From contig CAWGRW010000009.1 of the NCBI GenBank assembly GCA_963825135.1, forward strand, positions 1,536,001 to 1,600,000: a stretch of DNA of 64,000 bases. The letters run 5' to 3'. Under the pieces are notes generated by a model. The model saw only the letters and a list, made by a program, of their open reading frames with translations, did not search any database and was not told where the DNA came from. Position numbers and translations under genes: made by a program. Within the stretch, counting starts at the first letter, position 1; the number at the start of each line of letters is the position of its first letter. Positions 40,222-50,655 of the stretch are shown piece by piece. Source of the DNA: an uncultured bacterium (lineage in GTDB: Bacteria > Desulfobacterota_D > UBA1144 > Nemesobacterales > UBA2774).

Positions 40222-41010
40222 ATGATTCTCGACGAAATTATAGAATATAAAAAGATAGAGGTTGAGAAGTCGAAGGGCAGCTTCCCCGTCGAATCCCTTA
40301 TGAGCGGAATCTTCACGGTCCGGCCGCCCCGCGATTTCTATAAGGCTATCGACCACGGCGGGGAACTCCGGATAATCGCGGAGGTAAAAAAGGCCTCTCC
40401 CTCGAAAGGCGTCCTGAGGGACGATTTCGATCCCGTGAAAATCGCGCTCAGCTACGCAAACGCCGGAGCTTCCGCCCTGTCCGTCCTCACCGATGAGAAA
40501 TTTTTCAGCGGGAGCCTCTCGTACCTGAGAAAAATACGGCAGGCAGTCGATATCCCCATCCTGCGTAAGGATTTCATTATAGATCCGTACCAGGTCTATG
40601 AATCGAGGCTTTACGGGGCGGACGCCCTCCTGTTGATAGTCTCGGCGCTCGGTCAGGACCTTCTGAAGGAGCTATTAAGGCTTACGCGCTCGCTCGGGAT
40701 GGACGCCGTCGTGGAGGTCCATGACGAAAGAGAGCTCGCAAGGGCGCTTGACGCGGAGAGCAGGATTATCGGCATCAATAACAGAGACCTCAGGACATTC
40801 GAAGTCGACCTCGATGTCTCGGCGAGGCTTTCCGGGAAGATCCCTGACGGAGTGATAGCGATCGCCGAGAGCGGTATAGCCTCGGGGGAGGACATAAAGA
40901 AGCTGAGGGGTAAAGGGGTACACGTCTTCCTCGTAGGCGAGAAATTCATGAAGGCGCCCGATCCCGGACTCGAATTAAAAGAACTCATTTCCTCCGGTCA
41001 AATGAACTGA
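40222..41010 (+). CDS. trpC: Indole-3-glycerol phosphate synthase
   Basis: IAEVKKASPSKG, SVLT, LRKDF, GINNRDL, ESGI. Confidence 0.97.
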   Translation: MILDEIIEYKKIEVEKSKGSFPVESLMSGIFTVRPPRDFYKAIDHGGELRIIAEVKKASPSKGVLRDDFDPVKIALSYANAGASALSVLTDEKFFSGSLSYLRKIRQAVDIPILRKDFIIDPYQVYESRLYGADALLLIVSALGQDLLKELLRLTRSLGMDAVVEVHDERELARALDAESRIIGINNRDLRTFEVDLDVSARLSGKIPDGVIAIAESGIASGEDIKKLRGKGVHVFLVGEKFMKAPDPGLELKELISSGQMN

Positions 41011-41103
41011 TTTATCCAGCCGCGTGCAGCAAACGAAAAATATAAAAATTTAAGTTCTGAAAAAACTTTAGATTATTCAGTTCGGTCATATATTCTTAAT
41101 AAT

Positions 41104-41430
41104 ATGAATAGCCATCCTAAAAAGAAAAAAAACCCGTTACTCGCTCTAGTCTTATCGGGGATCCTCCCCGGCCTCGGTCAGTTATATAACCGTCAGATAC
41201 TAAAGGCGCTTCTCTTCTTCGCGCTGAACGTCGTCCTCAGCTTTCTTGCCTATGAGCCCTTTACCTACTTATTGAAATCCTGGAGCTCGATGCTGGATAT
41301 GTCCCTCGATATGTCCCGTCTCATCAAGCTCATGATATATTCGACTGCGGCAACCATAGTCCTTGTAGCGGCGATGATCGACGCCAAAAAGAGCGCCGAC
41401 CGTATAAACGTCGAGAGCGGAATTACCTGA
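41104..41430 (+). CDS. Small membrane protein (TM2/DUF5683-like)
   Basis: KNP.LA..LS...PGLGQLYN motif and hydrophobic segments. Confidence 0.75.
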   Translation: MNSHPKKKKNPLLALVLSGILPGLGQLYNRQILKALLFFALNVVLSFLAYEPFTYLLKSWSSMLDMSLDMSRLIKLMIYSTAATIVLVAAMIDAKKSADRINVESGIT

Positions 41431-41491
41431 ACTGTTTTTATTTTACCGAGTCCCTGTCTTGACAATCAATCTCATACGATATTATTATTTC

Positions 41492-43084
41492 ATGCGGATT
41501 CTTGAGTTTTTTCAATGCAGGGCGGAATCGAAAGCCGCCTTTAACCTTTATCCTTCTGATCAGTTGCGGAGATTCGATTTGTTAAGCTCGAAAGCGGTAA
41601 TTCTGTATTCAGTCACTCTTCTGTCCTCCTTGATCCTGTCCTGCGCTAACGGCGTTCCTGAGCTGAACCCGTATAAAGAAGCGTCTTCCGCCCCCGGGGT
41701 GGAGTGGAAGCCGTCCGCGAAGGAGCTGATGGAATCGTTTCAGCTTGAGGGACTGCCCGCGATCCCTGAGGATCTCAAATCGGATTCCGGGAGCTTCGCG
41801 CTTTCCCAGCTGGTGGACGTCGCTCTCGTGAACAACCCTACGACGCAGGTGGCATGGGAGAACGCCAGGGCCGCGGCAGCCTCCTGGGCCGAATCGAGAG
41901 GGCTATACTATCCCCAGATTGCGGGTATTGCCAGGTATGCCTATGCCAAAGGGGGCGGGGGTACGCAAGGTACGAATCCTTACCAGGAGCATTACGGCGA
42001 CGTCGGTCTCTCTCTGAACTACCTCCTTTTCGATTTCGGAGGACGTGAAGCCCAGATAGATGCCGCCCGTCTGGCTCTGATCAACGCCAACTGGAATCAG
42101 AACCAGGCGATTCAGAATGTGCTCCAGGCCGTTGCCGTTTCCTTTTACAATTACATAGGCAGTAAAGCCCTCGTAATAGCGGACGAAGCGAGTCTGAAAG
42201 ACGCTCAGACGAGTCTCGACGCGGCCTCGCTCAGGCTCGAAGCCGGGGTGGGCACGCTTCCCGACGAGCTGCAGGCCCAGGCCCAGCTGGCCCAGGTCGA
42301 TCTCGATCTCGTCGCAGCCAAGGGCAACGTGGAAATAAACAGGGGCTTGCTGGCGACGTCCGTGGGGTGGCCCGCGAACACCGCGTTCGACGTGGACGGA
42401 AATCTGAACGAGCTTCCCGTCGCGGCTATCAGTGACAACGTTGACAACCTTATTGCGCTTGCCATGAAAAACAGGCCCGACGTGGCCGCAGTCCAGGCGA
42501 CCGTGAGGCAGAGGGAGGCGCTCTTGTGGAAAGCCAAATCACAGTTCTTTCCCGAAATCTCCGCCACTGCGCAGCTTCTCCGCTGGTGGGTCAAGCCCGA
42601 AGGGGAGTCGAACGAGTTCTTCACCAATTATCTGGTGGGACTCCAGCTTCAGGTCCCAATATTTCAGGGGTTTCAGATCATTAACTCGGTACGTAAGGCG
42701 AGCGCCCAGCTTGAATCTGCGCGGGCAGCGCTTGAGCTCCAGGAACAGATCGTCATCAACCAGGTCTGGAACTCCTATTACAATTTCACCACCGCGGTCC
42801 AGTCACTTCAGGCTGCCGACAGTCTCGTCGCGAGCTCGCAGGAATCCTACGATGCTTCCCTCGCCCGGTTTAAAGCGGGCGTAGGAGATATAGTAGAGCT
42901 TCTCAACGCCCAGGCCACGCTGTCTCAGGCCAGGGCCGAGCAGGTACAGGCGAAGACGGACATCTTCACGTCCTACGCCGACCTTATCAATGCGATAGGC
43001 ACGGATCTTCCGAGTCCGGGCATGCCACAGGGATTGAGTCCGGCCGAAGAAGGAGGAAAGAATCAGGATGAAAAATCGAACTAA
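41492..43084 (+). CDS. TolC-family outer-membrane efflux protein (start uncertain)
   Basis: Lipobox-like LILSC; AL.NNP; LFDFG; two OEP repeats; first gene of the efflux operon. Confidence 0.88.
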   Translation: MRILEFFQCRAESKAAFNLYPSDQLRRFDLLSSKAVILYSVTLLSSLILSCANGVPELNPYKEASSAPGVEWKPSAKELMESFQLEGLPAIPEDLKSDSGSFALSQLVDVALVNNPTTQVAWENARAAAASWAESRGLYYPQIAGIARYAYAKGGGGTQGTNPYQEHYGDVGLSLNYLLFDFGGREAQIDAARLALINANWNQNQAIQNVLQAVAVSFYNYIGSKALVIADEASLKDAQTSLDAASLRLEAGVGTLPDELQAQAQLAQVDLDLVAAKGNVEINRGLLATSVGWPANTAFDVDGNLNELPVAAISDNVDNLIALAMKNRPDVAAVQATVRQREALLWKAKSQFFPEISATAQLLRWWVKPEGESNEFFTNYLVGLQLQVPIFQGFQIINSVRKASAQLESARAALELQEQIVINQVWNSYYNFTTAVQSLQAADSLVASSQESYDASLARFKAGVGDIVELLNAQATLSQARAEQVQAKTDIFTSYADLINAIGTDLPSPGMPQGLSPAEEGGKNQDEKSN

Positions 43085-44255
43085 ATTCGAAAAATGCCGT
43101 CGGAATATTCTCAGAGCCACTTCCGTTTTCGCGCTTCTCGTTCTCACTCTCACGGGATGCGGGAAGGATGAGAAACAGGCTCCCCCCGCCCTTCCGGTTA
43201 CCGTCGCGGATGTAACGTCCGAGACGGTCCCCATCTATCTCGAATACGTCGGGACCACTCAATCCGTACAGACCGTGGATATCAACGCCAGGGTGGAAGG
43301 CTTTTTAATAAAGAGGGCGTTTAAGGACGGGGCGGATCTCGAGGACGGCGCGCTTCTGTTCGTCATAGACCCGAGACCGTTCGAGGCGTCCCTGCAGCAG
43401 GCCCAGGCCCAGCTGGCCGAAGACAGAGCGTCTCTGGCTTATGCGCAGGAGCAGGTCAGGCGTTTTAAGCCGATAGTGGAAAAGGAATACATCACAAAGG
43501 ACACATACGACGGCTACGTAACGAAGGCGGCCGAGGCCCAGGCCGCGGTCGAGGCCGATATGGCCAACGTGACGCAGGCGAAGCTCAACCTGAGCTACTG
43601 CACCATGTACGCCCCGTTTGCGGGCCGTATCGGAAGGAGATACGTGGACGTCGGCAATCTCGTCGGTGCCGCCGGCGCCCCTACTAAACTCGCCACCATG
43701 GTCCAGCTCGACCCGATGTACGTATATTTCAGCGTTGCCGAGCGCGACATACCGCAAATATTCGAGGAGCATAGCAAAAACGACCTGACCGTCAGCATCA
43801 TCCTCCCCGACGAAACCAAGCATCCCGAAGACGGCAAGATCGATTTCATCAACAACGAGGTGGATGTCAATACAGGCACTATGGAGATGAGAGCCCTTGT
43901 CCCCAACGGTTCCGAAACAATGCTCCCCGGGCAGTTCGTCAAGGTACAGCTCCTCTTAAAGGAGCAGCCCGGCGCGCTGCTTGTCCCCCAGAAGGCGATT
44001 AGCGAATTTCAGGGACAGCAGTTCGTGTATGTCGTCGGCGCCGACAACAAGGTCGAATACAGAAACGTCACACCCGGTCCTAACTACAACGACCTCACCG
44101 TAATTCAGTACGGAGTTAAAGCGGGGGAAAAAGTAATAACGGAGGGTTTGCAAAAGGTAAAGCCCGGAATGACCGTAGCTCCCGGGACCGCTTCCGAAGA
44201 ATCGCAGAAGTCTGCTCCCGAGCCGTCGCCGTCGGCCGGAAAAGACAAAAAATAA
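43068..44255 (+). CDS. RND efflux periplasmic adaptor subunit (AcrA-like lipoprotein)
   Basis: LTGC lipobox, ARVEG, LF.IDP, APF.G, G.LV, PGQFV. Confidence 0.93.
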   Translation: MKNRTKFEKCRRNILRATSVFALLVLTLTGCGKDEKQAPPALPVTVADVTSETVPIYLEYVGTTQSVQTVDINARVEGFLIKRAFKDGADLEDGALLFVIDPRPFEASLQQAQAQLAEDRASLAYAQEQVRRFKPIVEKEYITKDTYDGYVTKAAEAQAAVEADMANVTQAKLNLSYCTMYAPFAGRIGRRYVDVGNLVGAAGAPTKLATMVQLDPMYVYFSVAERDIPQIFEEHSKNDLTVSIILPDETKHPEDGKIDFINNEVDVNTGTMEMRALVPNGSETMLPGQFVKVQLLLKEQPGALLVPQKAISEFQGQQFVYVVGADNKVEYRNVTPGPNYNDLTVIQYGVKAGEKVITEGLQKVKPGMTVAPGTASEESQKSAPEPSPSAGKDKK

Positions 44256-44289
44256 AAGCGCTCTTCCTAATTAGTTAAGGAGATTCGTT

Positions 44290-47200
44290 TTGGTTGATTT
44301 TTTTATACAGCGTCCTGTTCTGGCCACGGTAGTCGCGATACTGATAACTCTTGTCGGCGCCATCTCCATACCGATTCTGCCGATCGCGCAGTTCCCGGAC
44401 ATCGCGCCCCCTACTATCAACGTTTCGGCTACCTACACGGGAGCGAGCGCCGAGGTCGTGGAGACCACCGTCACCGATCCTATCGAAGAGCAGATAAACG
44501 GCGTACAGGGCATGACGTACATGGAGTCCTACAGCTCGAACGACGGGACGATGAATATTAACGTCACCTTCGACGTCGGCTATGACCTCGATATCGCGAA
44601 CGTTGACGTGACGAACCAGGTGCAGCTCGCGACGCCCCTCGTTCCCTCGGAGGTGAGCAAGTACGGCATATCGGTCGAAAAACAGTCGCCGAGCCTTATC
44701 CTGGCCGTCCACCTAATATCTCCAGACGGGAGCCGCGACGACCTTTTTCTGAGCAATTATATCGGCATCCAGATTTACCAGACCCTCCAGCGTATCCCCG
44801 GAGTGGGCAACCTCACGATATGGGGCCAGAGGCAGTATTCCATGCGCGTCTGGCTCAACCCGGATAAGCTCGCGAGCTTGGGGATTACAACTTCCGACGT
44901 CGCCGCCGCAATATCGGAGCAGAACCTCCAGGTGGCTGCGGGTTCTGTAGGCGAGCCGCCCTCCCCCAAGGGCCAGCAGTTCCAGTACACGATTACGACC
45001 CTCGGGAGGCTCGAGACCGTCGAGGAATTCGAGGACATAATCATAAGAGCGGAGACGGACGGCACCGTAGTCCGCATCAAGGACGTGGCCCGCGTCGAAT
45101 TGGGCGCCCAGAGCTACGACCAGGACAGCCTTCTCGACGGTGAATCGGCTATCGGTATAGGTATTTATCAGCTCCCCGGAGCCAATGCCCTCGATGTCGA
45201 TAAACAGGTCAGAATTACCATGGAGCAGCTGAAAAAGAACTTCCCGTCAGGCGTCGATTACAGGATAGTGTATGACACTACCGAGTTTGTAAAAGCGTCG
45301 ATAATCGAGGTCGTCAAGACCCTCTTCGAGGCATTTATACTGGTATTCATAGTGGTATTCATTTTCCTCCAGAATTTCAGGGCCACGCTGATACCCGCAA
45401 TAACTATACCCGTCTCACTTATAGGTACATTCGCGCTCATCAACGCGTTCGGATTTTCCATCAATACCCTCAGTCTATTCGGCCTCGTCCTGGCTATCGG
45501 CCTCGTCGTGGACGACGCGATAGTGGTCGTGGAAAACGTATCCCGCCTGCTTCAGGAAAAAGACATGTCCCCGAGAGAAGCGACGAGCGCCGCGATGAAA
45601 GAGGTAACAGGGCCGATCGTCGCTACGTCCCTCGTGCTGATGGCCGTATTCGTTCCGGTCTCCTTCATGCCGGGCATTTCCGGGCAGATGTACAGGCAGT
45701 TCGCGCTGACGATCGCGTTTTCCGTGGGTATCTCCGCCATTAACGCGCTGACCCTGAGTCCTTCTCTCTGCGCGCTCTTTCTCCGCAAGGAGTCGGAGCA
45801 TCAATGGTGGTTCTACAGGAAATTCAACGAAGGTTTCGACCGCTTCAGGAACGGGTATCAGGGCTGGGTGAAGGAGTTAACCGGCCGTTGGAAGCTGGTA
45901 GTGCTGGTTTTCGCTGTGCTCATGGTGCTGACGGCTTTTATGTTTAAGATCGTGCCTACGGGTTTTGTCCCCGAGGAAGACCAGGGGTATTTCATCGTGA
46001 ATATTCAGGGTCCGGAGGGGTCGTCACTGGAGCGCACGAACGAGACTATGGATCAGGTGTACAAGGTCCTGATGGATACGCCGGGAATAGCGCACGTAGT
46101 CTCTATCTCCGGCCTTAACTTCCTTACCTCGAGCTCCGACTCGAACTCGGGGGCCATGTTCCCCGTGCTCGCGCCGTGGAGCCAGAGGAAATCCAAGGAA
46201 ACCCAGATCGATTACATTCTTAACAGCGTGCGCAAGAAGTTTGCGGGAATTCAGGGGGCGGTAATAGTGGCGTTCAACGCGCCCGCTATCCAGGGTCTTA
46301 GCTCCACCGGCGGCTTTCAGTTCGAGCTCGAGGACAGGACCAACCTCGGTCTGGATACACTCCAGAAGGTGATGGGGGAAATTGTCGAAGAAGGCCGGAA
46401 GATGCCGGAGCTTGTAGGTCTGTTCAGTTATTTTTCGATAGATACCCCCGGCCTTTATATCAAGCTCGACCGTACGAAAACTAAAACACAGGGTGTTTCG
46501 ATTTCGAACGTGTTCCAGACTTTACAGGCGTATCTCGGGTCCCTTTATGTAAACGATTTTAACCTCTTCGGCCAGGTGTACAGGGTTTTTATCCAGGCGG
46601 ATGAGCAGTACCGTAACACTGACAGACGACATCTCCCGGCTTTATGTACGCACCGACAAGAGGGACCTCGTGCCGCTCGATACGCTTATAGACGTGCAGA
46701 AGATAGTGGGTCCGGAGACCGTCACCCATTATAACCTCTACCGCTCGGCCGAGATAGACGGTGACAGCGCTCCGGGCTACAGCTCCGGCCAGGCTATAAG
46801 TACCATGGAAGAGCTGGCGGATAAATTTATGCCCGAGGGTATGGGGTTCGAATGGTCCGGCATATCGTATCAGGAAATTAAAGCGGGGAACCTCGCCCCG
46901 CTGATCTTCGGTCTCTCTCTCGTGTTCGTGTTCCTGTTCCTGGCCGCGTTATACGAGAGCTGGTCGATGCCGTTCATGGTGATGCTCGCAGTCCCGCTCG
47001 CGCTCCTCGGCGCTATGACTGCTCAGTGGATGCGCGGCCTCCAGGACGACATCTACTGCCAGATAGGGCTCGTCATGCTCATAGGTCTCGCGAGCAAGAA
47101 CGCGATTCTGATCGTCGAGTTCGCGAAGCAGCGCCGTGAAGAGGGTATGCCGATTCAGGAAGCGGCGATGACGGCCGCTCTCATCAGACTAAGGCCAATA

Positions 47201-47401
47201 TTGATGACTGCGTTCGCTTTTATTTTCGGAGTTTTCCCGCTCGTCATCGCCTCCGGGGCGGGTGCGAACAGCCGCCATTCACTCGGGACGGCGGTGTTCG
47301 GAGGCATGATAGTTTCCACGCTCCTCAGCCTCATTATCGTTCCCGTATTCTACGTGGTCATCGAGAACTTAAGAGAGCGCGGACCGCAGAAACCCGCTTA
47401 A
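44290..47401 (+). pseudogene. HAE1 RND permease (AcrB-like) split by one extra base near 46620; possible sequencing error
   Basis: FFIQRP, GLVVDDAIVVVEN, KNAILIVEFA, RLRPILMT; joining the two frames gives about 1036 aa. Confidence 0.9.
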
Positions 47402-47443
47402 TTCGAAATCAATCTTTCTTATGATGTCATTGCCGGGGTGCGA

Positions 47444-47486
47444 CGCACCCGCAGATGCTATCGTATGTCCGCGGCGACTCGCCGCC
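47444..47486. repeat. Dispersed palindromic repeat, copy B
   Basis: Matches 21686-21727; lies between the convergent RND permease and ogg genes; preceded by palindrome GGGTGCGaCGCACCC. Confidence 0.75.
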
Positions 47487-47492
47487 CCTCCC

Positions 47493-48143
47493 CTACTTCA
47501 AAATCTCCCCCGTCTTCTCGCTCCATAGCAGGAGGTCGAGCTCGTCCATGGGGATGCCTATATCGTCCGCAAATTGCCTGAGGCTATTCTCTATAGAGAT
47601 ATACCTGTCCCTAGCGCCGGGCGGCTTCGGACTGTCGATTACGCCGAGCTCGAATAACGTATTGAGTATATGCTTGTCGAGAATTGCGTAACCCCGATAG
47701 CCTATATTCCTGAGAAAGTGGCTCGACTCCTTGTACCCTATCCCCTTTATGTCCTTGTTCCGGGCAAAGAAGTCCCTCCTCTCGAGCGGGTCTCCGAATG
47801 ATTCGATGAGACCTCTCAGCTTGAGCCCGTGCTCGCGCCTGAGATACTCCCTGGTGTGAATTATGTAGGCCGGTCTGTAGTTGGGGAACCTGTGGACACC
47901 TTCCAGTCTCCTCCTGAATTTCTTGAGACTCCCATCGAGAAGTATGTCCTTGAGCGCCTCGATGGACCTGAGCCCCATTTTGGCGCTCGCCCCCGCCGTG
48001 CAGATGCAGAACGCGAGCTCCTCGAATATCCTTCCGTCGTCCCCGTTCCTGTAAACGTCCCGGAACTCCTCGAGCCTCGCTCTGATTATTCCGCGCTTTG
48101 CGTGATAGGACATCCTGAGCTTTTCACGAAGTTCCTTTTTCAT
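47493..48143 (-). CDS. ogg: 8-oxoguanine DNA glycosylase/AP lyase, OGG2 (archaeal/Thermotoga) type
   Basis: ELAFCICTA, HRF, GIGYKESSHFLRN, AILDKH, C-terminal Lys. Confidence 0.9.
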   Translation of the reverse strand: MKKELREKLRMSYHAKRGIIRARLEEFRDVYRNGDDGRIFEELAFCICTAGASAKMGLRSIEALKDILLDGSLKKFRRRLEGVHRFPNYRPAYIIHTREYLRREHGLKLRGLIESFGDPLERRDFFARNKDIKGIGYKESSHFLRNIGYRGYAILDKHILNTLFELGVIDSPKPPGARDRYISIENSLRQFADDIGIPMDELDLLLWSEKTGEILK

Positions 48144-48197
48144 TGCCGTTTGCCCGGGGAGGGTAGGGATGTGACCGAGAGGTTATGCTTGATGGCG

Positions 48198-50648
48198 CTA
48201 TTTGTAGATGGTGAGGCTGACGCCGGGAGTCAGTTCGGCCGATGTCAGGTTATTCCATTTCTGGATGCTTGCTACCGATACATTATGCATGCTCGCGATC
48301 TCCCAGAGCGTATCTCCTTTCTTGACGCGGTAGCTGATAGTATCGTTGCTGCCGGTCGCGGAGGCGCTTGCCGATGCATATTTATCATTCGGGATTATAA
48401 GTACCTGCCCCGACCTTATCGTGGAGCCGTTCAGGTTATTGGCGCTCGTTAACGTGGACAGACTGACGCCGTGCTTCTGCGCGATGCTGCCGAGCGTGTC
48501 TCCGGGTTGTACCCTGTACCTGTCGGTGCTGCTGACCCTCGTTTCTGCGGCCGGGCTCTCGTTTGAGGCGACCGAGGAGCCGGGGATAGAAAGCACCTGT
48601 CCGTATTTAATTACGGAGCCGTTCAGGTTATTGGCGCTTCGTATGGAAGCGACGGGCACGCCGAACTTCCTCGAGATACTGCCGAGTGTATCTCCGCGCG
48701 ATACGGTGTATCTGCCCGAGGCTTCGATGCTGCTGGTCCTGACAGGCGCGTCTTCAGCGGCGGCGTACGAGGAGGAGCCCGGTATGGTTAATACCTCGCC
48801 CCGTTTTACCGTGGTGCCGCTCATATCGTTTGCGTCTTTGATCGATGCGATGGATACCCCGTGTTTCTCCGCTATCCCGCCCAGCGTGTCTCCCGATTTA
48901 ACCGTATAGCTCTTTGTCTCGCGTGCGGAAGGCGCCGTCGATGATATTGTATCTGTCGTAACAGCGGCGTCCGTGTACGTCTCTTCCGAGCTGGCGATAT
49001 AGCTGTTTCCATCCGTGATATAAGGTATGTCCAGTTCCTGCCCGGACATTATCGTCGACCCCTCTATTCTGTTAACCCGCCTGATCGTCGTTATGCTCAC
49101 GTTGTATTTAGCCGCGATACCGCCCAGGGTTTCACCCGGCTGAACCCTGTGTTTCGTAATCTTTGTGGTGTTAGTAGCTACGACTTCTTCTTCGTAATAG
49201 CGGCCGGTGGAGCCCGGGATAGTCAGCACCTCCCCTGATCTTATTATAGAGCTTCTGAGGCTGTTGGCGTTCTTTATCGAAGCGATGCTTACCCTGTGCC
49301 TGGCGGCAATCGCCCCAAGCGTGTCACCCCTCCTGACTCTGTACCTCACGGTGGCGGATTGGCTGTCCCCGGATGCATAGGAGGAATCGGAAGGACCCGC
49401 GAGCCCGGGTATGGTCAGCACCTGCCCCCTCCTGATTGTCGAGCTTCTCATGCCGTTTGCCCTTTTTATGCTCGACACGCTTACCCCGTATCGCGCGGCT
49501 ATCCTGCCGAGGGTTTCACCCCGCTTTACCGTATGAGTGCCCCCGGCGCTCCTCTGGGCAATCATTGGATTGACGTCTGTTAAAGCATACAACTCACTGC
49601 TTTTATGCGACGTGATTGTTGCGTAACCCTGGGGAACGTTAATTTGATAAGGGCCTCCTGGAGGAGTAGCCCCAAGCAGTATCGCCGGATTTAGTTCGAC
49701 GAGGGTATATTGGCTTACGCCGATTACCCTTGCTATGTCCGTGAGATTTTTCTGAGGAGGCACCGTGACGGTCTCATTGAAATCAGCGTCCTGGTAATTG
49801 ATTCCGACGAACCCGTACTTTTCCGGGCTTTTCGCGATAATCAGAGCGGCCATCAGCTTGGGCACATAATTCTTGGTTTCCGTCGGCAGCGTGTATTCCG
49901 ATATCTGCCAGAAGTCGTTGATTTGATATTTGTCTATCGCCGCCTGCACTCGGTCCTCTCCGCAGTTATAACCCGCCGCCGCGAGCTCCCAGGACTGAAA
50001 CATTGCGTAGAGGTCGCTCAGATAATCGGCAGCGGCTACCGTGGATTTCCTGGGGTCCATCCTTTCGTCCACCCAGGCGTCGACTCTGAGACCGTAGCGC
50101 GTCGCCGTAGGCTTTATGAATTGCCATGGGCCGACCGCTGCCTTCTGGGATTCCGCTTTTACGCTGAACCCGCTTTCGATCATTGCGAGATAAACCAGGT
50201 CCGTGGGCATCCCTCTCTGCGAAAGGATTTCCTTCATCATGGGGATGTATTTGCCGGATCGTTCGAGCCAGGTGCTGAAAGACCTCCTCCCATCGTTCTG
50301 AAAATACACCATGTAGTGAATGACCTTGTCGTTCAGAACGACCGGTATTTCCTTTTCCGATTCGGGGGCTACGTCCGGGAACTGGTCGAATATGTTCTCT
50401 ATATAGTAGTAGGTTTTCCAGCCTTGTACCTGGGGGTTCAGGATGAAGAAGCTCGACCTGACGTCTTCAATTGTTTCTTCTCCGTTGTCTTCATCGACTA
50501 TCTTTATCTCTGAATTGAGTTCGGTATCCCCGAGACGGATTCCCGAGATGGTCGGTCCCGAAGCGTTCTTAACGGTAGTCTTCGCTCCGCAACCGATCAG
50601 CAGAAGTGTTGTAACACCGGCGAGGGGCAGTAAATGCTTGTAAAACAT
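48198..50648 (-). CDS. mltD: Lytic murein transglycosylase D-like lipoprotein with 7 LysM domains
   Basis: LLIGC lipobox; LAMIESG, G.WQF, A.YN.G, ETKNYVPK; seven GDTL/GETL LysM repeats. Confidence 0.9.
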   Translation of the reverse strand: MFYKHLLPLAGVTTLLLIGCGAKTTVKNASGPTISGIRLGDTELNSEIKIVDEDNGEETIEDVRSSFFILNPQVQGWKTYYYIENIFDQFPDVAPESEKEIPVVLNDKVIHYMVYFQNDGRRSFSTWLERSGKYIPMMKEILSQRGMPTDLVYLAMIESGFSVKAESQKAAVGPWQFIKPTATRYGLRVDAWVDERMDPRKSTVAAADYLSDLYAMFQSWELAAAGYNCGEDRVQAAIDKYQINDFWQISEYTLPTETKNYVPKLMAALIIAKSPEKYGFVGINYQDADFNETVTVPPQKNLTDIARVIGVSQYTLVELNPAILLGATPPGGPYQINVPQGYATITSHKSSELYALTDVNPMIAQRSAGGTHTVKRGETLGRIAARYGVSVSSIKRANGMRSSTIRRGQVLTIPGLAGPSDSSYASGDSQSATVRYRVRRGDTLGAIAARHRVSIASIKNANSLRSSIIRSGEVLTIPGSTGRYYEEEVVATNTTKITKHRVQPGETLGGIAAKYNVSITTIRRVNRIEGSTIMSGQELDIPYITDGNSYIASSEETYTDAAVTTDTISSTAPSARETKSYTVKSGDTLGGIAEKHGVSIASIKDANDMSGTTVKRGEVLTIPGSSSYAAAEDAPVRTSSIEASGRYTVSRGDTLGSISRKFGVPVASIRSANNLNGSVIKYGQVLSIPGSSVASNESPAAETRVSSTDRYRVQPGDTLGSIAQKHGVSLSTLTSANNLNGSTIRSGQVLIIPNDKYASASASATGSNDTISYRVKKGDTLWEIASMHNVSVASIQKWNNLTSAELTPGVSLTIYK

Positions 50649-50655
50649 TGACTTT

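Noticed and set aside
42271..43418. 22-bp exact repeat GCAGGCCCAGGCCCAGCTGGCC in the TolC-like and AcrA-like genes
   Set aside because: Both encode coiled-coil QAQAQLA with preferred codons; convergence is sufficient
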